A stretch of 20,000 nucleotides of DNA from the NCBI GenBank assembly GCA_000165425.1, contig CT868044.1:207018-227017 (forward strand), written 5' to 3'. This DNA comes from Paramecium tetraurelia (taxonomy: Eukaryota). The position numbers and the translations under genes are program-made. Positions within the stretch are counted from its first letter, which is position 1. Each line of letters begins with the position of its first letter. The notes beneath the pieces are model-generated. The model ran no database searches and had not been told where the DNA came from. It saw only the letters and a list, made by a program, of their open reading frames with translations. Below, piece by piece: positions 9,344 through 20,000 of this stretch.

Positions 9344-11292
9344 TAATATTATTAATATATATCCATTTATCACTATTACAATTAATGACAGTTTTCTTGG
9401 TTCCAACTAGATGTATACCTTCGGTCATAATGGCGTAAACGGAATTCTCATACACCTTAACTTAATCGACATATCCGGTAGTGGGCACTTGAAATCCTCT
9501 AAATATGATTTTCAATAATAATACCTTCTTACAATTCCAGATCTAATTGTATTTGTAGTGAAATCCAGAGTAATTACATAAGACTTATCAGTGAATTCTT
9601 CACCTATTTAACCACCAAATACCATCAACTCATTTTAGTTTATCTATGCTATTCCACTATGCAATGGTATTTCATTCCACAAATTTCCTTGACTGTCATA
9701 TATCTACAAATCAAACCAAGTGTTCTATCTAATTGAATAAACTTCTATAGTTTAAATATTGATATATTGCTTATCAATTCCGCCTATTTTAATTAAATAT
9801 TCATTATTTATGTTTCCTAATGAACATCCCGTACAAGCATGCATACATGATCTCAAAGGAGTCCATCTCTGGCCATCAAATCTCTCTAGAGTATTAATAC
9901 TACTATCTTCACAATCTGTTGATGACCCACAACAAACATAAATGCATGCTTCAACTAAACAAGCCCCAAATCCTTATCTTCTATGAATCATATTTGAATG
10001 TAAATTTAAAGTCTTTTAAATCAAATTAACTTTGTACACTGACTGAATACTTAGGTTTCTATCAATATCTCTTTCAATCCCTCCCATTATTAATATGTCT
10101 TTTCCATACATTATACATTAGTGTCCAACTGCAATCCTCTTATCTAGAATCAAATTAATCTCCTAGAAATCAGAAATATTGAGATTTTTCATTGGTTGTA
10201 TGAATTTTGGCATTCTATATATCAATATTTTTCTTTAATCTGCATAACAACTTATTAAGATTTCTTCGCTGCTTGAGATAAAACTATTTTATTATTGGCT
10301 TACTATTTTCAACTATTGTACTTAATCATCTTACATAGCTTTTATTAATTCAGAGGTATTGTGCACAAATTATGGTTTGAAAGATGTTTGCGAGGGAGGG
10401 AATTCCCTAGCTATATTTTAATTTTAGCTGCTCTAATAAGACTTTGTATAGACATTATTTTTCAGTAATTATTTACTCTCCTTATTTTGATTAATCTCAG
10501 ATTGATTTTCTTTTTTAATTTAAGATGATTAGAATTAATTTTAGACTTGAGTTGGTTTTTCTCCTGTTAATTATTATACAATTTCTTGATCTCTTAATGA
10601 TACCATTCTTTATTTCTAGTTTCTATTACAAATTTATATATATTAATCCAAATCCTGTAATAGTAAATTTTGAACATTATTGCTAATCATTATATCTGGA
10701 AATTATGATTGATACTCCTAACATCTCTTGTCTAAATTTTGGTATATTTATGGACCGATGTCATTAAAAAAGGTTTCCAAAATTGCTTAAATGTAATCAC
10801 TGCTTTCAAATTTATTAAGCAAAATATCCATCCTCTGTAATTACTAAAATATATTCATAAAATCAATACTGTCTTCACTATGTCAACACTTTCTTTGCTA
10901 TTATCATTTTTACTGCCTTTAACTTCTCGAAATCTGTTCTATAACTCTTGTTTATAATCATCAAATCTCTTATTTATTGATTTTATGATTTCTTATTTTG
11001 ATTATTCCAGCTTCATAAACAAATTATTCATTATCACCATTTCATCTGTACTGCTTAATAAAAACATTTGTTCATTCAACTTCTACACTATGTCGAATAC
11101 CATTGCTTTTTATTCTTATCTAACATTTTATATATTTTCTATCTATGGAATCTATCCATTTGCAGCGTGGTCCTTAATATGTCTTGGTATGCATTCAGGA
11201 CATAGAGGTTCAGTGCATTATTTCAATATGCACATATTGGTTATGAAGTAATCCTTATGAGTTGGGCATTTTATCGGTGGAACTGTAGACAT
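9336..11292 (-). CDS. B-box-type zinc finger, coiled-coil and Kelch-repeat protein (~634 aa)
   Basis: N-terminus KCPTHKDYFITNMCILKQCTEPLCPECIPRHIKDH (B-box-like), then coiled coil and Q/N-rich linker, then Kelch blades (ILIMGG; MIHRRQGFGACLVEACIYVCCG..LERFDGQRW; LIKIGG..IEVYSIRQNTW; LMVFGG). Introns 10844-10869 and 9499-9524 (26 nt each). TGA at 9336-9338. Confidence 0.9.
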
Positions 11293-11728
11293 GTTAACTA
11301 ATTCAAAATTCAAACTTATAAATAATTAATTTAAGATAATTTTTTCATAAGTATGTTGAAATTAATGTGAAGAAGCAACAAAGCAAGCATTTGACATTCT
11401 TATCTAATTCAACTATTCTTTTAGATCGTTCAGATATTTAAACTTTAAGTTTATTTTTGCTAATGCATATATACAAATTCTAATTATAGTTGCTTGTATA
11501 ATCTGTAGTTAATTATTGTTTTTATTTTCATTTGATATATCAATCATTAGATCAGAAAACCTTGGTGTTGGTTATTAGTAGAACTTAACAAAATGAATAA
11601 ATAAGAAAAGGATAACATTATCTCATTAATTTTACTACTGAAAGAATAAGAATATTAAAATATATTCATACTTTTAATTTACTAGAAAATATGATTAATG
11701 AATTTTTCTATATATATCAATCAATAAA

Positions 11729-14700
11729 TCACATAAAATTTCTTTCTTAAATTGGATCCAAAATTTCATGATTTTAAAAAATTGGTTTCTATGCTTTTAG
11801 TTTATTTATTAGATTTTATATAAATGGTGATAATATTTTGCAAATATCAACCAACAATGTTATGCTTAATATTGAACTCATTAAGGCAATAATAATCCAT
11901 CCTATTTAAATAATCTTAAAAGGGTTATCCTTGTATAATTCATTTATCAAAAACATGATATTTATGATAAATATATTAAAATGAGTCTATTGTTTTTTGA
12001 ATAATCCAAATTTGTCAAATTATTGCTTTTATTTAAATAAATGGTAAAAATAGATGAATTCATTTAAAGCGCATAATTAAATTTACAGTATTGTAGACTT
12101 AAAGCAAACAATCAGAATTGTTCCAAACAGCATCTTTTACAAACTTGAGTAAGTAAATTAAGCATGTAATTTATTGTTTTAGTGCTTCTAGTATAATAAA
12201 TAATATAATAATAAATATATGACGACTCCATTAACTATTAGACCAAATTTTCCTTCCACTTGATTAAAATCCTAATATATTAGTGATAAGAAAGAGGATA
12301 TAGTGTATTCATAAAGGAGTGCTTAAAGCAATCCTTAGAACTATTCACTAAACTTATTTTTCCAATTATTTATTGAAAATTTTGTCACATTTTTTATTCC
12401 ATATAATATGTATAAATTGAAATACAGAATTTTCAACATCTTGATTTTATTCATGGTGTATTTAATTAGTATCTTAATTGCTAAATGAAGAAAATAAGCT
12501 AAAACAAAAACTGTAGAAATCTAGATGAAATTAGGGAAATAGTTTGCATTACGCCCATCTTCTTCAAAGCTCGCTTCTGATTTTTAATATGAGAATCCAA
12601 AAAATGCATTATTTGAGGGATTGAATCCAACAAAATCATAAAAACTAGTAAGTTAAATAATCTTAAAAGTTTCAAAATATTAAATTAAATTTTGACCTTT
12701 TCTACTATTTATATATTTTAAATAGTAAAGTTATTATATTACATCAATTTGATTTTGAATAATTTCAAATTTTCCGCTTAACGATGATAACAAAATAAGA
12801 CCTGCTATTATTTTAATTTAATATCCACTAAACTTTATAAGAGATTATGTAATTTGTTATTATTTTTCAGATAAAACATTTGGGGATGGTAATTATATTG
12901 AGATTTCATCTTCGTATGATATCTTTCCAAATTCATTTGTGATTATATTAAGGTCAGCAAAGCTTATAGAAAATATAGGATCAATTATTATTTCCTCATA
13001 CAAAATTTTTATTTCCATTTGAAAGTATTTACAAGATTCTTAATCTATTGAACCAATTTCAGAAAATGATACATTCACAACTTTATTATTGATTTTAGAT
13101 GAGATGGAATTGATAAACATTTGTATAGAATAATTGAATGATAATTTGATTTATTAATCATAAGTTAGATAAACAATTTAAGAGTTATCCATTTCTTTTA
13201 CAAATTTCAATAAAGGCTTTGGGTGTGAAACATAGATACATTAACTATTTACACATAGACTATCTGAGGATGGTTTACAATTTGTATCACAACCATCACC
13301 ATTAATACTATTACCATCATCACAAAGTTCTCCTTCAAGAATGATTCCATCGCCACAAATAGGTTAGCAAAAATTATCAAAAGGATTTAACACATAATTT
13401 GTTGAGCAGACCATGCATTAAGAATCTTCACAATATTTGCAATTTTCTACTAAACATTGATTAAGATTTAAGTTGTTAGAATAGCATTTTCCATTTAATA
13501 ATTCATAATTTTTCTTGCATTGACTACATTTTTGAATTTCATCACAAATTTCACAATTCTTATTACAAAATTTTTTACAATTGTAACATTGATAATCTTC
13601 ATCATCTAAAAACCAATCATTATCACATTCTTCATCAGGCATGGCTATTATTCCATCCCCACATATGTTGTAACATAGTACTAATTAAGTATCAAAATAG
13701 TAACCAACTTTACATGTATTCCCGTCGTCAACACATTCTCCTAAAATGCATAGAGGACAAGCAGGATGACATGAATATTTACATTTATAACATCCATCAT
13801 TAGGAACATCATTCTAATCTTCACATTATTCTCCCTTGGATATTAGACCATCTCCACATACATCATAGCAAACATTGTTCATTAAATCTGGATATAACCC
13901 AATCTCATTACATTCTACCACTTTCTCGCATTAATTAATCGCCAATTATAAAAAATACCCTTCTTCACATTACAAACATATTCCAAATAAGCAAAACACA
14001 CAATATTCTTTACAAATAAATTTGCATTCGCTACAAATTATATTATTTATGGGTTCCTCGTAATCGCATTATTCATATCCATTAATTTTAGAATCTCCCC
14101 GCACATACTTCTAACATATAGAATGGTTATTAGTATTTAAATAAAAAATTGTCTTCGCAGACTAAACAAGCCATCGTTAATTGGGCTTCCTTACAAAAAT
14201 TCATTAAACCCTTTAGAATGTTGATTTTAAGTAATATAATTTATGTTTTCCTTCAAAGTATAGTATTTTATTGAAGAAAGGAATGGTCTTTTCTCACAAA
14301 ACCCATTAGTCATCATATAACCAGACCGGCATCCTATACATTAGCCTAAATAACATGTCAAACAAGTTAAGTCACACGAGTATTTACATCCATGGCAGCC
14401 ATCAAACGATTCTAAGTTGGCATCATCGCAATCTTCTCCTGGAACTTTTAATCCGTCTCCGCAAATGTTTTAACATTGATTACCTACTAATCGATATCCA
14501 TTTAAACAAGATTAACAACCATTTATAGTGCAAATCAAGCAACTTGGTTAACAAGATAATTAACAATTATAACATCCATCATAGAGTGAATTATTCATGT
14601 CTTCGCATTTTTCTTATCCAATAATAATGTTATCATTACAGAGTTCTATGCATTTGTTACGTTTTTGATCTAAATAATAAGTATCAATGCACTCGAGACA

Positions 14701-17700
14701 TTTGTTATTTATACAGGTCTTACAAATAGTTATTTAACATTAGAACTTACATTCATTGCTACAACCATCGAAATTAACTAAATTATAATCATCACACTCC
14801 TCAGTATTTCTATTATAAGGATCAATTGCTAAGTAGCCATCACCGCATATATTTTTACAGTAATAACTAACCGGTTAAAATCCAATTACCTTACATTCTA
14901 GACAAGTTATACCATCAGAACTACATCTTAAACAGTCATCCCTACATTATCTCTTACACAAATAGCATCCATCATTAGGGTCAAAATCGTATCCATTATC
15001 ACATTATTCTTTTCCAATAATAATATAATCACCACAATTTTCTACACAAATTTTTGAAATAATATCGACACTCCAACCATATGTTAGACATTAATAGCAT
15101 AAACCTCTCATGCATTATGTGCATTAGATTTAGCATTCAAGTTTGCATTTAAAACAACCATCAAATTAAATGTGATTACCATCATCACATTCTTCTGACC
15201 CACTGATGATTCCATCACCACAAACATGTGGACAAGGTAGTGTTGTAAATTGATTACAATTCAAGCATTATTAAGGACATTAATATCTGCAATTGTAACA
15301 ACCATCATCTAAAATATTATTGCCATCATCGCATTCCTCATTGCCATTTATAATCTGATCTCCACATATAGGAAAACATTGATTATTTTAGTTTGCATAA
15401 CCAACCAAACATGAAATTGGGGAACAAACTTAATTAAACCAAATTGTAGAATTATCACCACATTATTTATAACATTAATACAGAGTTGAATTTTCAATGC
15501 CTGGACAGGTGACACAAATATCATTCTGTTCAAAGTACCCAATTTAACAGGAACAACGTAGACCATCTAATATTCTATTTTCTGAGTTGCTGCAACTAAG
15601 ACAAGAGTCATCTGAAGATGAATAACAATTTTCACATTTATTATGGCATTGAATACATTTCGAATTGGTCTTCTCAAAATAATATCCACTACTACAATTA
15701 CAAGTATTGCCCAATTTTTCAACTTTATCTACAGTGATACACTCATAACATTTCATATTTGATGATCCGAAACATTTAGCACACAATATATCAAATAATC
15801 CGAGTTATACGGATCGCCANNNNNNNNNNNNNNNNNNNNNNNNNNNNNNNNNNNNNNNNNNNNNNNNNNNNNNNNNNNNNNNNNNNNNNNNNNNNNNNNN
15901 NNNNNNNNNNNNNNNNNNNNNNNNNNNNNNNNNNNNNNNNNNNNNNNNNNNNNNNNNNNNNNNNNNNNNNNNNNNNNNNNNNNNNNNNNNNNNNNNNNNN
16001 NNNNNNNNNNNNNNNNNNNNNNNNNNNNNNNNNNNNNNNNNNNNNNNNNNNNNNNNNNNNNNNNNNNNNNNNNNNNNNNNNNNNNNNNNNNNNNNNNNNN
16101 NNNNNNNNNNNNNNNNNNNNNNNNNNNNNNNNNNNNNNNNNNNNNNNNNNNNNNNNNNNNNNNNNNNNNNNNNNNNNNNNNNNNNNNNNNNNNNNNNNNN
16201 NNNNNNNNNNNNNNNNNNNNNNNNNNNNNNNNNNNNNNNNNNNNNNTTTTAGATAATAATGAACAACGATATAATAATGTGAGATTGCACAGTATTTATC
16301 TAGAACATCATTGGTTGAACCGTAACATTAAAATGCAACTGTTAAAGTAGGTTAAGGATTCGTAATATTAATACTTATTGTAGAATTCATAGTAACTGAT
16401 TCTTCAGTTTAGTTATTTATCGAATATCCCAAGTATCCTGTTATACCATTAAAATTGCATCCGAACACAGCATCAAAATATATAGTTAATGAATGGTATG
16501 GGGAATTAATGGTATATATTTATGAAAATCTTGCTGTTGCCCAAACATACTTTCCTCCATAAACAACATTTGAATCAATGTACGACCAATAAATTTCATC
16601 GCCTTTTTAAAAGTCTTTGCTTGTTGAGGATTCTAAAACAAAAGAAGACTTTATATTATCTGGAACAATAAAGTCATAGAATTGCTATATAAGATACTTT
16701 GAGTCTAATATTACAGATTAGCTTTACATTTGGTCACTTAATCATATTTTATACAATTATTATTTTAAAGTATTGATGCTTTTGGACATGATGATACACA
16801 ATTACCATCAGATACGGTTTTAAACCCAATTTAACATTTTGAACAAAAGTAATCTCTGTCACACTTTAAACAATAAACTGGACAGTTTGCACTACTCATT
16901 AAAGCATATGTTAAATACCACCCAGAATTACCAGATCTAATTTAAATAATAAATCTTTACGTAAAGTTCCCTTTAATCGAAAACGTGAAGCTTCCCTATT
17001 CTACGTTGAGATTCGTATATAATAATATAGCTTTGGCAGTTTAACAACCACTTAATGCTATGGTAGGTTAATAGAAAATTTAAATGTTGTTTCCAATAAA
17101 TTGTGTTCCATCATAATAGATTGAAGAATAGTAAGTATTGTTTAAATATAACGAAATTCCTGAATTTATTGGAGTCGCATTACAAGTATAAATATACAAT
17201 TGCATCCCTAATGGATATATGAAATATGTTGTATTAACTATAGTACTTGCTCCTTCATTGTACCTAAATATTCCAAAATATGGGGCAATTTTTTTATTTT
17301 CATTACTCAATTATCTTAGATCATAAATAATATCCCACCTTATTAATTGAGTATATTAGAAAGGGAATAAATATAAAGCCAAGATATAAGATATTAAATA
17401 CTATTTACAATACCTTTTCCTACTATCCGTCAATCCTAAAGGACAATACTAATAACATCTATCTGAATATAATGTTTTTCCTTTAGGACATCTACATATT
17501 CCATCTATTAGGATTACATCGTAGAAACATTATGTGCATTGATTAAAGCCATCTCCTGTACATGTTCTACAGGTAGGGTGACAAGATATATAAGAAAAAT
17601 GAATATTTCTAATTAATGCTTTTGTCGAATTGTTTGTTAGACTGAATTTAATATTCGTATATTAATTAGTATAAGGAAGAGAAATTTGATATGTTCTAAC

Positions 17701-18103
17701 TTCATGTTGTTCCGAATCACATGCTCCATTTTCAAATTTTAAAGGATTCTACGTGGAATACATAAATTAATAAGCCTAATTTTTATATTCAAATATCAGT
17801 GCGTCATTAGACCATTGTGAAATGTAGTATACATCAAATACAATTGTGTGATTATATGAATAAGAATTCTAGGTGTAATATTAGTAATTAGAAACAGTGC
17901 TCATTTGTGAATCCTATAAAATTAAGGCTGTTCCTTTTGGATTTGTGCAATTTCTATAGAGAGCGCTCTTTGAATTCTAAATTTACTTAAATCCAAATGG
18001 GCAAGTATCATCGGAACAATAAAGCAATGAAGGCCGATTAAAGGAGCTATAATATACTTACCATTAAGCATATAACAAATTGTATTTGAAAGAGAATTAG
18101 CAT
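11729..18103 (-). CDS. Large cysteine-rich multi-pass membrane/surface protein (furin-like/EGF repeats and Myxococcus-type Cys-rich repeats); apparent frameshifts; spans assembly gap
   Basis: Short hydrophobic start at ATG 18103; furin-like CHPTCRTCTG and CHNKCENCY repeats; about ten CGDGx5-6EECDDGNx4DGC-type units at 13270-15460; several C-terminal hydrophobic segments (12830-11840); TGA at 11729-11731. Introns 16937-16960 and 16705-16727. Frame breaks near 18075 and at 14095-14210. Confidence 0.85.
13270..15460 (-). repeat. Tandem degenerate cysteine-rich protein repeats (CGDG..EECDDGN..DGC..C, DUF4215/Myxococcus-type)
   Basis: Units such as CGDQIINGNEECDDGNNILDDGCYNC, CGDGIISGSEECDDGNHIQFDGCFKC, CGDGLKVPGEDCDDANLESFDGCHGC and CGDGIILEGELCDDGNSINGDGCDTNC. 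Confidence 0.9.
15820..16246. other. Assembly gap (427 N)
   Basis: Run of N characters inside the large Cys-rich gene. Confidence 1.
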
Positions 18104-20000
18104 ATTTATTAATCTATATCAGTTTATTTAAGAGGAGATCGAAAGATGGATAAATACGTTGGCAGAATATTATGATATTCCAAATTCAAGAGAATTTTAT
18201 TGCTTTAGAACTAAGATATTCTATTAACCTAAACAAACTGAAACTTGTATATTAGTAAGTCTTTCTTAGTATTATTAGTTTCCTTGAAAAAATATTTAAT
18301 TGAGTAATATTAATTTTAACAATAGACTTTTTCAATTTCTTTATTTATTTATTTCAGATTTTTATAAACAAAATAGTATTGTTCTTTAATTATTTTTCTT
18401 GAGTCGATGAATTAATTATGAATTTTTAAAGAAATTCATTTATTTAATTTTTTTTTGAATTCTCTAAACACTAAAAAAGTGACTTATCCATATAGGATCG
18501 CAATTTCTTTGATATAATTTTTTATTTTTTTTTTCTTTAAAACTAACAAATAATATTTAAGATTTAATGATATATTTTATTTCATAGTAGTCTTAGGGAA
18601 AACCTAATATAATATTTTTCCCTAAAATATTAAAAAAGTTAAAATTGAAAGAAATCATCACTTGATAAAAAAATCAGAAATTTATCATAGCTTTTAATAT
18701 GTATTCGATTTTTTTCTTCTTTTCACTGAAATTGATTTAGAATTTCATTCTTTGTAATATTGAGAATAAGTCGCAATCATAATTTGTTTATTCTAGTCTA
18801 TTCCCTACAAGTAATTTTAATTGTTAAAGGAAAAAAAAGTATTGTGAATTCTGATTTATTCATAATCCAGTTTTAAGGTAAATAATCAGAATATTATCAT
18901 ATCATATATATCTGACTCAGTATCAATAAGATTCTAAATAATTATATACAAGGTTTAGAATCTGAAATAAATTATTATTCCATTATTATTTCGAACAAAC
19001 AGAAATAGTTAGAAATAAAATGATACAAATATTTTTTCAATTATTAGAGACATCATTTCAAATGAACAAATGTTAGTTATCTTTACTGATCAAGTTCATT
19101 AAAGTAATGATTCTCTTATTTTAAATATAATCAAATTGATATTTTTTTTTTGATTTTTTCACTTTTCATTTCCTTCAGATTTAATAAATTCTATAGTTTT
19201 TACCTGCTCATATATTTTCTTTTTTTTTATTTGAAATGAAATATCTACATTTAATTTACTTTTATTTTTGGACATAAAATTAATTAAATTGGTTAGCTTC
19301 ATCTTAAGCTAAAGGTAGTTTCACTTATTTCTATGATAGTTTCATGAATAATTTCAGATAGTTACTAAGCCCATAATTTTCAATAAACTTGATTAACCCT
19401 TATAAAATATAACCTTCAGTAGGATGCTATTGTCCCTTTACCAGCGATTAATTGAGTCATTCCCAAAACTTTTTCAATCTAGCCTATTCCCTATAGTTCT
19501 TAGTTTAAGTAGGCTCTGCTCTGCCGTATAGGGGTCGATAGTTATTGATCTATCTTTAGTTTTCTCACCATTTTCCTGACTATTTGCCTTTTAAAGGGTG
19601 ACAGATATTATTTAAATAAATTTTTTTGAACTCAGAATTAGTAACACTCAAATTAATAACTCTTAAGGTAATAGAAGATTAAATTATAACTACATACATT
19701 ATTAACATTCGCATGTTAATTATCGATTATGAAGTTCATAATTCAAAAATATTGTATTTTTCATTGGCTGTTTATAATAAAATTATAAATAAATTATGCA
19801 GTTTGAAATAATAATCAATGTAAGAAGAAATTTTATTAAGATAGTGCAGGAATGCTTTACTAAGGCATTTTTTTAAGGTCATTCTTGAGGACAAGAATGC
19901 TTGGAATACCACATTTATTCATAAGTGCTTAAAATCGAATTGAAACTGCACGCTATCATTAGAATAGATTAAACTATTATGTTAAGTCTAATGGATTAGA

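Noticed and set aside
9759..11251. Supplied + strand ORFs 9759-9941 and 10985-11251
   Set aside because: Antisense to the Kelch and B-box regions of the 9336-11292 gene.
13418..17310. Four supplied - strand ORFs treated as separate genes
   Set aside because: Three are in-frame fragments of the single large Cys-rich gene cut at TAA/TAG Gln codons; 15348-15566 is an off-frame overlap.
19450..19540. Resemblance to ciliate telomerase RNA (GUCAUU, CCCAAAA, AAUCUAG, then possible pseudoknot)
   Set aside because: No AACCCC template, an internal T5 run would terminate Pol III, and the stems are only 6-7 bp; probably coincidental.
19460..19600. Minus-strand peptide INNYRPL resembling the non-LTR reverse transcriptase NYRPI motif
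   Set aside because: Isolated short match in a frame closed by TGA, with no other RT motifs.
1..20000. CRISPR arrays, rRNA, tRNA, telomeric repeats or intact transposons
   Set aside because: None seen by eye: no regularly spaced direct repeats, cloverleaf-like GC-rich segments, tandem C3-4A2-3 tracts or transposase motifs.

Overview
Very AT-rich eukaryotic DNA that reads cleanly only in the ciliate genetic code (table 6: TAA/TAG = Gln, TGA the only stop), with 20-31 nt GT..AG introns and very short intergenic spacers. This is the signature of a Paramecium macronuclear scaffold (genus is inferred). The supplied ORF track uses the wrong code and is mostly fragments or antisense shadows. Manual translation gives a run of minus-strand genes: a partial helical hypothetical protein, a ~675-aa coiled-coil protein, a 214-aa CxxC protein, a ZDHHC1/11-like DHHC palmitoyltransferase, a B-box/coiled-coil/Kelch protein, and a large cysteine-rich multi-pass membrane protein (furin-like plus CGDG..EECDDGN repeats) that spans a 427-nt assembly gap and has local frameshifts. 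Between them lie two pseudogenes: a putative membrane protein and an eIF4E-like gene whose ATG overlaps the Kelch gene stop. I see no convincing novel multi-gene system. The most notable points are three stopless 3n introns, the pseudogenes, and an Asp/His-coding quasi-palindrome.
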